A stretch of DNA of 64,000 bases from Ilumatobacter sp. (lineage in GTDB: Bacteria > Actinomycetota > Acidimicrobiia > Acidimicrobiales > Ilumatobacteraceae), in contig JBGCFW010000126.1 of the NCBI GenBank assembly GCA_045107155.1, positions 3,320 to 67,319 of the forward strand. Reading direction: 5' to 3'. The first letter of the stretch is position 1. Every line of letters starts with the position of its first letter. This document shows positions 25,384-35,477 of the stretch, piece after piece. The notes beneath the pieces were generated by a model that made no database searches, was not told the DNA's origin, and saw only the letters and a list, made by a program, of their open reading frames with translations. The translations under genes and the position numbers were made by a program.

Positions 25384-26643
25384 TCAGATCGGAAGGTCGC
25401 CGGTGGCGCGGCGAGTCGAGCCGGCATCGGTGTAGGCGGCGATCGTTCGCTGCGCGATCCGCATCTGGTGCACTTCGTCAGCGCCATCGGCGAAGCGCGC
25501 CCAGCGGGCGTGCTGATACATATGTGCCAACGGCGTATCGGTCGAGTAGCCGAGGGCTCCGTGGACCTGGATCGAACGGTCGATCACCCGGTTGAGCATG
25601 TTGGCGACGAAGTGTTTGGCCATCGACACCTCACCCTTGAAGTCGACGCGCTCGTCGGCGGGCGTGTCGTCGCCCTGCAGGTGCGCTGCATCGATCTTCG
25701 ATGCAGCGTGGAGCACCATCAGCTTCGACTGGTACAGCTCCATAGTGGAGTCGGCGATCAACCACTGGATGCCCTGTTTCTCGGCGAGCATCGAGCCGTG
25801 CGAGTAACGGTTGAGGGAGCGGTCGACCATCATGTCGAGTGCGGTCTCGGCTTGCGCGATCCATCGCATGCAGTGCGCGAGTCGGGCAGGACCGAGGCGA
25901 TACTGCCCGAGCAGATGGCCTTGGCCACGTCCACCGAGCATCTGATCGTTGTGAACACGAAGGTCCTCGATCACGATCTCCGAGTGGCCCGTGCCGCCGT
26001 GCATCGTCTCGACCTCTCGCACATCGTTCCACCCCTCGGCCGGGAGGTCGACGATGAACGCAGAGTTCGCTGCCTGGGGGATGTCGGGATTCTCCTCGGT
26101 CCGACACACCAGGATCGCGAACGACGCTCGTCGCGCGTTCGAGATGAACCACTTGTGTCCGTTGATGACCCACTCGTCGCCGTCTTGATACGCGTGGGTC
26201 TTGATCAACGTCGGATCGGAACCAGCGACCTCCGGCTCGGTCATCGCGAAGCACGACCCCTTGATCGTCCCTTCGCAGAGTGGCTTGAGATAGGTCTCCT
26301 TCTGGGCGTCGGTGCCCCAGTGCAGCAACGTGTGCATGTTGCCCTCGTCGGGCGCCATGCAATTGAACACCCATGGGCCGTAGTACGACTTGGCGGCTTC
26401 GGCCTGCACCATCGCCAACTCGACGTGTCCGAGCCCCATGCCCCCCCACTCCGGCGGCATGTGCGGCAACCAGATCCCTTCGGCGTGGGCGGCCTTGCGG
26501 AGTGCGATGAGCTGGCGGATCCGCTCACCACCCTCAGCGCCCTCCAGCTCCCGTTCGGCGGGAGTGATGACCTCCTCGACGAAGGTGCGGATCCTCATCC
26601 GCAGGGCCTCGAGCTCGGGAGTGAGAGTGAAGTCGATCGCCAT
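25384..26643 (-). CDS. Acyl-CoA dehydrogenase (ACAD10/11-like subgroup)
   Basis: FNCMAPDEGNM, CFAMTEPEVAGSD, INGHKWF, RLGPARLAHCMR, RFADGADEVH. Confidence 0.93.
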   Translation of the reverse strand: MAIDFTLTPELEALRMRIRTFVEEVITPAERELEGAEGGERIRQLIALRKAAHAEGIWLPHMPPEWGGMGLGHVELAMVQAEAAKSYYGPWVFNCMAPDEGNMHTLLHWGTDAQKETYLKPLCEGTIKGSCFAMTEPEVAGSDPTLIKTHAYQDGDEWVINGHKWFISNARRASFAILVCRTEENPDIPQAANSAFIVDLPAEGWNDVREVETMHGGTGHSEIVIEDLRVHNDQMLGGRGQGHLLGQYRLGPARLAHCMRWIAQAETALDMMVDRSLNRYSHGSMLAEKQGIQWLIADSTMELYQSKLMVLHAASKIDAAHLQGDDTPADERVDFKGEVSMAKHFVANMLNRVIDRSIQVHGALGYSTDTPLAHMYQHARWARFADGADEVHQMRIAQRTIAAYTDAGSTRRATGDLPI

Positions 26644-26711
26644 TCCGACAGGGTGTCAGATGGTTCGATCGTCGGGCGAAGCCGTCGAGACTCGCGCGCC
26701 AATTCCCTCAA

Positions 26712-28346
26712 GTGAAGGACCGCCTGCGACGATGGAACCTGGTGGATCTCCCCGCTGACGTCGCTGCGATCGGTTGGACCGGCCGCGCCGCGCCTGCGGA
26801 CACCCCAGAGTCACTCGCCGCAGAAGCGCGCCGCAACGGCACCAATGTCGATCGAGGACTCGCTGCCCGCGTCGATGCCTTGATCGAACGCACGAGCGAC
26901 CCACGTGACCTCGGCCGCCTCTGGATGACGCGAGCCGTGGCGTGCCAGGGCAACGGCGATGCAACCGAGTCCGCCGAGGCGGCGCGCACCGCTGTGCCGT
27001 TCCTGGTTGCGGCCGACCTCACGGGTGAGGCGGCTTTCGCGGCGGCGACCGCTGCGGTGTTCCTCGACCAGTGCGGCGACATCGACACCGCCATCGAATT
27101 CGCTGTCGACGCCCTTGTCATGCTCGGTGAGCCGCCCTCTCATCCGCCAGATCAGCCACCCCAGCTCGAAGAAGTCCGCGCTGCACTCGGGGTCGCTGGC
27201 TTCTTCTTGCGCCGATCGGCCTTCGAGCTCGCGATTCAGGCAGCACGCCGCGCCTTCCACGACGGCAAGAAGGTGGCGGGGGCCAGCGTCGACGCACTCG
27301 CGTTCTCGTACGGCTACGCCGCGAGCGAGGCAGCGCACGTGACGGGCGAATCCGCGAGGCGGGCGTGGCTCATCTCAGAGATCGAGTCGGTGATCGATTG
27401 GCTCGTCGAAGACGGTGCGGATTGCCCGACGAACGTCTTGCTGACCAACACATTGCGCGGCGAGATCCGACACGCCAACGGGCTACCGAGCGCTGACCTC
27501 GACCTCGACGCAGACGAGTCGCTGTACGGCGACGTCATCGGCGACCTCGTGGCCTGGCACCGACTCGTCCGGGGAACGTCAGCCGCCTTCGACGACCGTC
27601 CGCACGACGCGATCAAACAGCTCGACCTCGCGCTCCCCGGCCTCGAGGCGAGCTCGGACAATCATTGCATCGCCCGAGCGCTTCGCCAGCGATCACTCGC
27701 TCATCTCCGAATGGGTGATCCCGTGTCAGCTCACACCGACGCGCTCGACCTCGCCGATCGGACGCGCCGGTGGCAGATCGACCAGGTCGGTGGGATGGCC
27801 GACCAGCTCGCCCGCCGCGCTGACCTCGAGCGCTCCACTGCCACGCTGGAGGAAACCGCTGCCCGACTCGCCGATGACATCGACCGCGACGCCATCACCG
27901 GTGTCCGATCGCGTCGGTGGCTGGAACGACATCTGGACCACTTGAGCGAGTCGCTTCTCGATGGCGCGATCGTGATGTGTGACATCGACCGATTCAAGGC
28001 CGTCAATGACAACTCCGGCCACCACGTCGGCGACGCCGTACTGCGCGAGTTCGCCGAGGTCGTGAACAGCGCCACCGGCTCAGGAACCGTCGCACGGTTC
28101 GGTGGCGAGGAATTCGTCATCGTCCTCGACGACGTCGATGCCGAGACCGGGCGCCGGGTGGCCGAACGGGTGCGCGTCTCCGTCGAAGCGCACGATTGGA
28201 CCCGAGTCGCCGCCGACTTGTCGCTCTCGGTGAGTTGCGGCGTCGCAGCCGGGCGCCTCACCGAGGTTCGAAGCCTTCTCGTCGACGCCGACCAGCGTCT
28301 TCTCGAGGCGAAGCGTCTCGGTCGCAACCGCGTCATCGACGTCTGA
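26712..28346 (+). CDS. Diguanylate cyclase with helical (TPR-like) N-terminus
   Basis: DAITG, DIDRFKAVNDNSGHHVGD, RFGGEEF, AKRLGRNRV. Confidence 0.88.
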   Translation: MKDRLRRWNLVDLPADVAAIGWTGRAAPADTPESLAAEARRNGTNVDRGLAARVDALIERTSDPRDLGRLWMTRAVACQGNGDATESAEAARTAVPFLVAADLTGEAAFAAATAAVFLDQCGDIDTAIEFAVDALVMLGEPPSHPPDQPPQLEEVRAALGVAGFFLRRSAFELAIQAARRAFHDGKKVAGASVDALAFSYGYAASEAAHVTGESARRAWLISEIESVIDWLVEDGADCPTNVLLTNTLRGEIRHANGLPSADLDLDADESLYGDVIGDLVAWHRLVRGTSAAFDDRPHDAIKQLDLALPGLEASSDNHCIARALRQRSLAHLRMGDPVSAHTDALDLADRTRRWQIDQVGGMADQLARRADLERSTATLEETAARLADDIDRDAITGVRSRRWLERHLDHLSESLLDGAIVMCDIDRFKAVNDNSGHHVGDAVLREFAEVVNSATGSGTVARFGGEEFVIVLDDVDAETGRRVAERVRVSVEAHDWTRVAADLSLSVSCGVAAGRLTEVRSLLVDADQRLLEAKRLGRNRVIDV

Positions 28347-28373
28347 TCTTCGCCGGTCCGGCAGAATCGGACG

Positions 28374-29372
28374 ATGCCACGCGTCTCGGCGGGACTCGCC
28401 ACCCTCGTGCTCACACTCGCTGCGGCGTGCTCCTCGAACGACGGATCCGACGCGGTGGTGATCGACGATCCCTCGACCACCAGTCCAGCGACCGTGGCCG
28501 ACCGCGGATCGCCGGGCGTGTTCTCCGAGAACGACCCGATCGAGGTTGCGGTGGATGACGCCGTCACCTCCTCGACCACGGCGACTCAGACGACGACGGC
28601 AGCACCCACATCGTCCACCGTGACGACCACCGTGACGACCACCGTGGCGCCGACCACCGTGGTCGCTGCGAACCCCGACGGGTCGTTCGATCTGACCGCT
28701 GAGCTGCTGTTCCTCGGCACCTCGGTGGAAGGCCGCGGGATCGTCGCCGAGCGCTACGGCTCGATCGGAGGTCGACGAGTACTCGTGATCGGCGTCATCC
28801 ACGGCAACGAAGATGCCGGCGTCCAGATCGTCGATGAGCTCCGGTCGCGGGCGGTCGCCGGCCAGGGTCCCGATGGTGTCGAGATGTGGTTGGTCGAGAC
28901 CATGAATCCCGACGGCCAGGCGGTCCAGGACCGACACAACGCCAACGAGGTCGACTTGAACCGAAACTTTCCGCTGCGGTGGGGGCCGATCGGCCAGCCG
29001 GGCGACGGCCAGTACGCCGGCACCGGCCCGGCGAGCGAGCCCGAGACACAGGCGATGGTCTCGTTCATCTCACAACTCCGGCCCGACATCGCCGTCTGGT
29101 ATCACCAGGACGCGAACCTGATCATCCCGTCGTCGGGTCGTGACGGTCGGATCCGAGCGAAGTACGCCGAGCTCACCGGCTTGCCGATCGCCGACTGCTG
29201 CGACGGTGGGATCTACACCGGGATCGCCGCCACGTGGGCGCGAGACGAACTCTCCGATCTCGGATCGGTGGCGTTCATCGTCGAGCTGCCGGGTGGCGAG
29301 CTCGATGCGACACAGGTGACGACCCATGCAGATGCGATCTCGATCATCGCCGCAACCGCAGGCGTGATCTGA
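28374..29372 (+). CDS. M14 zinc peptidase lipoprotein (MpaA-like) with Thr-rich linker
   Basis: Lipobox LAAAC; HGNE, NPDG, DLNRNF, SEPET, YH, VEL. Confidence 0.85.
   Translation: MPRVSAGLATLVLTLAAACSSNDGSDAVVIDDPSTTSPATVADRGSPGVFSENDPIEVAVDDAVTSSTTATQTTTAAPTSSTVTTTVTTTVAPTTVVAANPDGSFDLTAELLFLGTSVEGRGIVAERYGSIGGRRVLVIGVIHGNEDAGVQIVDELRSRAVAGQGPDGVEMWLVETMNPDGQAVQDRHNANEVDLNRNFPLRWGPIGQPGDGQYAGTGPASEPETQAMVSFISQLRPDIAVWYHQDANLIIPSSGRDGRIRAKYAELTGLPIADCCDGGIYTGIAATWARDELSDLGSVAFIVELPGGELDATQVTTHADAISIIAATAGVI
28615..28661 (+). repeat. 12-bp coding tandem repeat (CCACCGTGACGA) encoding a TTVT linker
   Basis: About 2.7 exact copies plus one degenerate copy. Confidence 0.8.
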
Positions 29373-29376
29373 CTCG

Positions 29377-30717
29377 TCAGATCGACGCGTTCCCGGCCAC
29401 GCGACGCCCGCTCACCCAGACATCGCTGATGTCGGCCGGCGACGCGAGGCGGACGATCTTCTCGAACGTGCGCTCGTCATCGTCGATGCCGTCCCAGACC
29501 CGCAGCGCCGATCCCGGGCGAGCGGTGTCGACTGGGACGGCGTCGAAGTGCCGGCCCGCTTCGAGCACGCCGACATCAAGGCCCAGCAGATCGGCACCGC
29601 CAGCGGTGGCCATCCAGAACGCCTCGAGAATCGACAGGCGTGAACCAGCCACGCCTCGAAACGATGGCTCGACGTTCGCGTCGACTCCGTCGTCGAGGAG
29701 CCGAGACATCGTGACGGCTTCGGCGCACTGGCGCAGGATGCTCGGGCTCGCGCCACCGGCCACGTCGGTACCGAGCCCGACCCGCACCTCGGCTTCCATC
29801 GCCCGACGAGCCGGAAACACCGCATTGGCGAAGTACGCGTTGCTCAACGGACAGTGCGCGACGCCTGCACCACGGCGGCGGATCGTGTCGAAGTCGTCGT
29901 CGCCGAGGTGGTCGCCGTGGGCGAGCACCGTGTGGTCACGAACCAGCCCGAACTCGTCGAGTGCGCGGGTGTCGGAGCGACCGAACCGCTCGAACGCATA
30001 GCCATGCTCCCAGTCGCTCTCGGAGCAGTGGGTCTGGACCCGGACACCCGTCGATGCGGCAAGATCCCCGAGCCCGGTCAACAGTTCGTCGCTGCACGCC
30101 GGCGCAAACCGGGGTGTGATGATCGGTTCGACCAACTCCGAGTCGATCCCACGGATCGCCTCGATCGACGCCGCCGACGCCGAGACCCCTGCGACCGCAT
30201 CGGCATCGCGGTACCACTCGGGTGTTCCCTCGGGATGGTCCATCGCCACCCGACCGACCAATGCCCGCTGTCCGGCGTCGACACACGCCCGCGCCAGCAT
30301 CGTCGTGGTGGCGACGCTGACGGTCGCGTAGTAGGCCACCGTGGTCGTGCCATGTGCGAGCAACGTCGACACCATCGCCGGCCAGACCTCAGCGGCGAAT
30401 GCAGGATCAGTCAGCCGTTGCTCGAGCGGGAAGGTGTGCTCGAACAGCCACGTCTCGAGCGGCAGGTCGAGACCGGTGCCGAGCTGCGGCCATTGCGGTG
30501 CGTGGAGGTGAGTGTCGACGAGTCCGGGAACGAGCACCGTGCTCGGCGGCAGCACGACGTCGACGTCATCGGGGCCCGCTGACGGCTCGACCGACTCGAT
30601 GCGGCCAGAACCATCGACCGAGATCACGACATCACGCTGGACGTCGAGCCGGCCGCTCGTCGGTGTCTGCATGATGGTGGCGTGGACGGTCGTGCTCACG
30701 TGCGGCACCGTAGTCAC
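29377..30717 (-). CDS. guaD: Guanine deaminase
   Basis: DTHLHAPQ, WLFEHTFPLE, TPRFAPACS, QTHCSE, HCPLSN, GTDVAGG; start approximate. Confidence 0.9.
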   Translation of the reverse strand: MTTVPHVSTTVHATIMQTPTSGRLDVQRDVVISVDGSGRIESVEPSAGPDDVDVVLPPSTVLVPGLVDTHLHAPQWPQLGTGLDLPLETWLFEHTFPLEQRLTDPAFAAEVWPAMVSTLLAHGTTTVAYYATVSVATTTMLARACVDAGQRALVGRVAMDHPEGTPEWYRDADAVAGVSASAASIEAIRGIDSELVEPIITPRFAPACSDELLTGLGDLAASTGVRVQTHCSESDWEHGYAFERFGRSDTRALDEFGLVRDHTVLAHGDHLGDDDFDTIRRRGAGVAHCPLSNAYFANAVFPARRAMEAEVRVGLGTDVAGGASPSILRQCAEAVTMSRLLDDGVDANVEPSFRGVAGSRLSILEAFWMATAGGADLLGLDVGVLEAGRHFDAVPVDTARPGSALRVWDGIDDDERTFEKIVRLASPADISDVWVSGRRVAGNASI

Positions 30718-30736
30718 CGGCCCTAGCGTGTCGACC

Positions 30737-31108
30737 ATGGCCGACCGCTTCTTCCCATACGACGTCGACCGTCGCTTCTCGCTGCTGCTCGCCCCGCTGC
30801 TCCTCAAGCCGAGCCACGGCGTGACCATCACCGACGACACGCTTCGCGCCACCTTCGGCATGGCCAAGATCGAGACGCCGCTCGCCAACGTGGTGGGCAC
30901 GTCCATCTCCGGACCGCACCAGTGGTTCAAGGCGATCGGGCTCCGCCTGAGCTTCGCCGACGACGGCGTCACCTTTGGCACCAACGCCCGGCGCGGATTG
31001 TGCATCGAGTTCGCCGATCGAATCGGTCCGGTCATCGGCCCGCGCCGGCACTCCGCGCTCTGGGTGTCTGTCGCCGATTGCGACGGCCTCGCCGACGCGC
31101 TCGCATGA
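30737..31108 (+). CDS. Hypothetical protein (possible PH-like fold)
   Basis: ATG divergent from guaD; TPLANV...GP...KAIGLRLS..D.GVTFGTN. Confidence 0.7.
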   Translation: MADRFFPYDVDRRFSLLLAPLLLKPSHGVTITDDTLRATFGMAKIETPLANVVGTSISGPHQWFKAIGLRLSFADDGVTFGTNARRGLCIEFADRIGPVIGPRRHSALWVSVADCDGLADALA

Positions 31109-31129
31109 TGTCGCGGTGAGCGCGGGAAC

Positions 31130-31170
31130 GTTCACCGCGACGAAACACGGTGAACACATGCTCTGTTCAC
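31130..31170. promoter_or_regulatory. Cluster of GTTCAC half-sites upstream of the GH92-GT operon
   Basis: GTTCACCG-N10-CGGTGAAC overlapping GTGAACA-N7-TGTTCAC; also TTCAC-N6-GAAAC. Confidence 0.45.
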
Positions 31171-31206
31171 AATCGCAGACATGGCGAGGGGACCCGTGGC
31201 CCACCG

Positions 31207-33459
31207 ATGATCGAGTCGGTCGACCCCTTCATCGGCACCGGGCCGACCGACCTTCCTGATCAGACCGGGCTCGCCGCCGCGTGGTGGTGGCCGAAGCCCC
31301 CGGTCGGCAACACCCACCCAGGCGCCACGCACCCGTTCGGCATGGTGTCGGCATGCGCGTACTCCGGCGGATATCCCACCGGCTACGGAGCACATGAGCG
31401 CTCGACCGAAGGGCCGCCCCGCCGGTTGACCGACACCCATGACGCCTCAGGATTCACACACTTCCAACAGTCGGGAACGGGTGCGATCCGCAAGTACTAC
31501 AACTACCTCCGCGTCACGCCGGTCCTGGCCCGCACAGACCGGACGACCGATCTCGCCGTCATCGACGAGTCGGTGGCGATCGTCGACGAGGACGCATCCC
31601 CCGGTTGGTACCGAGCACGACTCGCGAACGGCGTCGTCGTCGACCTCACGGTCGGACCGAAGTCGGCGGTCCATCGCTACACGTTCGACGAGTCAGGCCC
31701 GGCGTCGATCGTGCTCGACTGTTCGCACGGCGGTCTGAAGATCGACCACGGCGCCACCGTTCCGTTGCGTGCCGACATCCGCGGAGGCGTGGGCGGAATG
31801 GCCGCGGGTGACGTCGTCATGGAGGGGGTTCCGATCTCGTTCCACGTCGAGTGCGACGGTCCGACACGCGGCGACGACTGGCGCCGCCAACTCTGGTACG
31901 ACCACCGCCTGATGCCGGGGAGTAATCACCTGAGCTTCGACACCATTCGGCCATCGACGCTGCGACCGTTCGGTCTGGTGTGGACCGGCACGGTCGAAGC
32001 CGGCGACACCGTCGAGGTCCGCCTCGGTTTCTCCCTTCGCGGCAGCGAGCAAGCCGAACACAACCTCGGGAACGATCTGCGCCAAACGCGCGCCGAAGAC
32101 CGTCGCGAGCAGTTCACCTCGCGACGGATCGACACCGGCCGCTCTTGGGTCGATCATCTCGATCGGATCGAGGTGGAGACGGACTCCGACGAACAGCGCA
32201 CGGTCTTTGCGACAGCGCTCTACCACTCACTGATCAAGCCCTGCTTCGCAGCGAACGAGAGCCCGTTCTGGCCGAGCAACGGGGCATTCGCCTTCGACAT
32301 CTGCACGATGTGGGACATCTACCGCACACAGCTGCCGCTGATCACCGCGCTGTTCCCGGAGCGCGCCGTCGAGCTGGCCAACGCACTCCTTCGTGTCGCG
32401 GAAGAAGAGGGAAACCTACCGATCGGCTATCGAATGGCGCGGGGAGCCGATCGCTTCTTCCGCCAGGGCAGTGCGCTGGCTCACACCTTCTTCGCCGATC
32501 TGTGTTCGCTCGGGTTGCCCGACATCGACTGGGAGCGCGCCCTCAGCCATCTCGACGCCGATCTGCGACGCCAGTTCGGCGAGGACTACCTCGAACACGG
32601 CATCGTGCACCCGATCTCCCACACGCTCGACCTCGCGGACGGCTACCACTGCACGGCCGGCATCGCTCGGTCCGTCGGCGACGTCGAGCTGGCCGAGCGT
32701 TTCGACGCGCTGGCCACGCGATGGCCGAACGCCTTCGACCCCAGCACCGGTCTCCTCGTGGACTCGACGCTGTACGAGGGCGGAACGTGGAACTACTCGT
32801 TCCGGCTGCTGCACGACATGGCTGCGCGCATCGAGTTGGCCGGCGGAGAGCTCGCATACCTGGAACTCCTCGACCGGTTCTTCGGTGTCGACTCACCACC
32901 GGTGAAGCAACTCGGCGTCGACCCAACCATGGACGAGATCGCCGCCGGCTATGCGCTCAACCGCTTCGAAGGACTCAACAACGAGCCCGACATGGAGGCG
33001 CCATGGTCGTACCACTGGTTGGGCCGGCCTGACCGAACCGCGGAGATCGTCCATGCGATCGTGCATCAGCAGTTCGGTCCGGGTCGTGGTGGGTTGCCCG
33101 GCAACGACGACTCCGGCGGCCTGAGCTCGTGGTACGTGTGGGCCTCGCTCGGCCTGTTCCCGGTCGCGGGCCAGCAACTCGTCATGCTCAACGCACCGTC
33201 GTTCGAGCGGTCGGTGATCCACATCGCCCGAGGACCGCTCACCATCGAGACCACCGGCTTCGTCGCTGCGACCGTGCAGTACGTGCAATCGGTGCATCTC
33301 GACGGCACTCCCCTCGATCGCTCGTGGCTCACGCTCGACGAGTTCCATGCCGGCGGCGTGCTCTCGATCGACCTGGCCGACGAGCCGTCGGCATGGGCGA
33401 CCCACACCCGGCCGCCTTCCGTCTCCGCGATTCCCCCCACCCAGGAGCCCCGCTCATGA
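31207..33459 (+). CDS. Glycoside hydrolase family 92 (alpha-mannosidase-like), no signal peptide
   Basis: VDPFIGTG, GNTHPGA..PFGMV, GFTH, TALYHS, WDIYRT, NEPD, PGNDDSGGLSSWYV...GLFP. Confidence 0.9.
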   Translation: MIESVDPFIGTGPTDLPDQTGLAAAWWWPKPPVGNTHPGATHPFGMVSACAYSGGYPTGYGAHERSTEGPPRRLTDTHDASGFTHFQQSGTGAIRKYYNYLRVTPVLARTDRTTDLAVIDESVAIVDEDASPGWYRARLANGVVVDLTVGPKSAVHRYTFDESGPASIVLDCSHGGLKIDHGATVPLRADIRGGVGGMAAGDVVMEGVPISFHVECDGPTRGDDWRRQLWYDHRLMPGSNHLSFDTIRPSTLRPFGLVWTGTVEAGDTVEVRLGFSLRGSEQAEHNLGNDLRQTRAEDRREQFTSRRIDTGRSWVDHLDRIEVETDSDEQRTVFATALYHSLIKPCFAANESPFWPSNGAFAFDICTMWDIYRTQLPLITALFPERAVELANALLRVAEEEGNLPIGYRMARGADRFFRQGSALAHTFFADLCSLGLPDIDWERALSHLDADLRRQFGEDYLEHGIVHPISHTLDLADGYHCTAGIARSVGDVELAERFDALATRWPNAFDPSTGLLVDSTLYEGGTWNYSFRLLHDMAARIELAGGELAYLELLDRFFGVDSPPVKQLGVDPTMDEIAAGYALNRFEGLNNEPDMEAPWSYHWLGRPDRTAEIVHAIVHQQFGPGRGGLPGNDDSGGLSSWYVWASLGLFPVAGQQLVMLNAPSFERSVIHIARGPLTIETTGFVAATVQYVQSVHLDGTPLDRSWLTLDEFHAGGVLSIDLADEPSAWATHTRPPSVSAIPPTQEPRS

Positions 33460-34811
33460 CCATGATCTCCGACCACCTCGACGCGACCTCACCGGGGCTT
33501 CCTCCGCTCGAGTCGGAGGCGCCGCCGATCAACCCGTCGAAGCGCCTGGTGATCGTCGTGCGTGCCGATCCGGTGATCTGCGGACACTCCGGCGAGGCAC
33601 GCAACCTCGCCGAGGCCGCGCTGACTCGAGGGTACGACGATGTTCGCATCGTCACCTGGCCGATCGACGCGCTCCAGGCAGCAGGCCTGCCCCTCAAGCC
33701 ACTCCACTCCGTTCTGCCGTACTCAGCCGGCATCACGGTCGAACGCCCCGAACCCGTCGGCGACTACAAGGTGCCCGACGGCCGTCACCTCGGCGGAATC
33801 GTGGGCCGTCTGGTCGAGCTGTTCACCGAAGGTGTGCCGACGACGGCGATGTCGCTCTACCTCACGCCGCACGACACCGCCGTCTCCCAAGCGGCACAGA
33901 TCGCCCGCTCCACCGGCATGTGCGCACCCCTCACCACCATCGCCGAAGCCGTTGGCTCCGACATCACCAACGTGGTGCGCAGTGCCGTCGAACAGGGCCG
34001 CTTCGGTGCCGCGGCCAATGTGCTCTCGACCTACCTCTCCAACGACGTGTGCGTCGCGGTGTCCCAGTACACGAAAGACCTGATCGTCGACTCGGCGACC
34101 GCTGTCGACCAACGTTGGGGGACGCAGTTCGCACCGGCGTGCGCCGAACGCGTCGAGATCTCCTACCCGGCAATCGACTCGTCGAGCTACACCGATCTCG
34201 ACCCTGACGAGACCGACCGGCGCCTCGCAGAACGCGGCCTCCGACGCGACGGCTACGTGATGTTCCTCTCCCGCCTCGCCAAGGCGAAGGGCGTCGACGA
34301 CCTCATCAACGGGTTCGCGATGAGCGCCGCCCGTTCACACACCACGCTGGTCATCTGCGGCAGCGGGCCCGAAGCAGCCGACCTCCGCGCACTCGCTGCT
34401 TCGACGCCCGAGCCCGAGCGAATCGTCTTCCTCGACGACGTCGACGACGCCGAGAAGCCACACCTGATGGCAGGCTCGTCGGCCTACGTGCTCGCCAGCA
34501 AGCCGCGGCCGGAGTTCGTCGAGACCTTCGGCATCGCGCTCGCCGAGAAGATGCTCGCCGGCGGAGGCCCGATCATCACGTGCGACACCGGCGGCATCCC
34601 CGAGGCGATCGGACCACACGCCAAGATCGTGCCACCGGCGTATCCGGTGGCGATCGCAAACGCGCTCAGCGAGGTCATCCTCGGGATGTCGAGCGGCGAG
34701 CGAGCCCGCTGGGGACGAACCGCCCGGTGCTTCGCGATGCAGTTCGACCGAACGGCGGTCTTCGACCGGCTGATCGGCTACGCGAACGCGACCGACACCG
34801 CTGCTGCCTGA
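33456..34811 (+). CDS. GT-B glycosyltransferase (GT4-like)
   Basis: SRL..AKGVDDL, ETFGIALAE (EX7E), TGGIPE; ATGA overlap with the GH92 stop. Confidence 0.88.
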   Translation: MTMISDHLDATSPGLPPLESEAPPINPSKRLVIVVRADPVICGHSGEARNLAEAALTRGYDDVRIVTWPIDALQAAGLPLKPLHSVLPYSAGITVERPEPVGDYKVPDGRHLGGIVGRLVELFTEGVPTTAMSLYLTPHDTAVSQAAQIARSTGMCAPLTTIAEAVGSDITNVVRSAVEQGRFGAAANVLSTYLSNDVCVAVSQYTKDLIVDSATAVDQRWGTQFAPACAERVEISYPAIDSSSYTDLDPDETDRRLAERGLRRDGYVMFLSRLAKAKGVDDLINGFAMSAARSHTTLVICGSGPEAADLRALAASTPEPERIVFLDDVDDAEKPHLMAGSSAYVLASKPRPEFVETFGIALAEKMLAGGGPIITCDTGGIPEAIGPHAKIVPPAYPVAIANALSEVILGMSSGERARWGRTARCFAMQFDRTAVFDRLIGYANATDTAAA

Positions 34812-34826
34812 CCGGCGGCCAGGCGG

Positions 34827-35477
34827 TCACACGAAGCGGGCGAAGACCTCCAGCGGTTCGCGCTCCGAACGGATCGAGTTGATCGGGTGCGCCGAGTCAG
34901 CCGTGCCGATCGCCATCCCACAGAAGATCTGCTGCTCCTCCGGTGCGTCGACGAATTCGCGGACCGCCGCCTCGTGAACGGCCCACGCCTCCTGTGCGCA
35001 CGTGTCCAGACCAGCTTCTTGTGCAAGCAGCATGAACGTCTGGAGGAACATGCCGAGGTCAGACCACTGCGGCGGCCCCATCTGACGGTCGACGAAGCAG
35101 AAGAACGCCGCCGGTGCGCCGAAGAAGTCGAGGTTCTTGGCGAACTGTCCGAGTCGGCCGGCCTTGTCCTCTCGCTCGATGCCGATCGCCGCGTACATCT
35201 GCTCACCGATCGCGAAGCGCGACGACCGGTACGGCTCGGTGAGCCCCTTTGGGTAGATGTCGTACGCCGGTGCGCCGGGCTGACGCTGCGCGATGAACTC
35301 GCGAAAGCGCGTCATCGAATCACCGTTGACGACGTAGACGCGCCACGGTTGAACGTTGCCGCCCGAGGGTGAGCGCGATGCGGTGACGAGCAGCTGACGC
35401 AACACGTCGTCGGACACCGGGTCGGGAAGGAACGCGCGGATCGATGCGCGGCGCTCGACCGCATCGGTGACCTTCAT
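34827..35477 (-). CDS. Nitroreductase family protein
   Basis: RRASIRAF, SPSGGNVQPW, GLDTCAQ. Confidence 0.9.
   Translation of the reverse strand: MKVTDAVERRASIRAFLPDPVSDDVLRQLLVTASRSPSGGNVQPWRVYVVNGDSMTRFREFIAQRQPGAPAYDIYPKGLTEPYRSSRFAIGEQMYAAIGIEREDKAGRLGQFAKNLDFFGAPAAFFCFVDRQMGPPQWSDLGMFLQTFMLLAQEAGLDTCAQEAWAVHEAAVREFVDAPEEQQIFCGMAIGTADSAHPINSIRSEREPLEVFARFV

Noticed and set aside
28560-28665. Thr-rich tandem repeat as a contingency locus
   Set aside because: In-frame 12-bp units encoding an ordinary lipoprotein linker.
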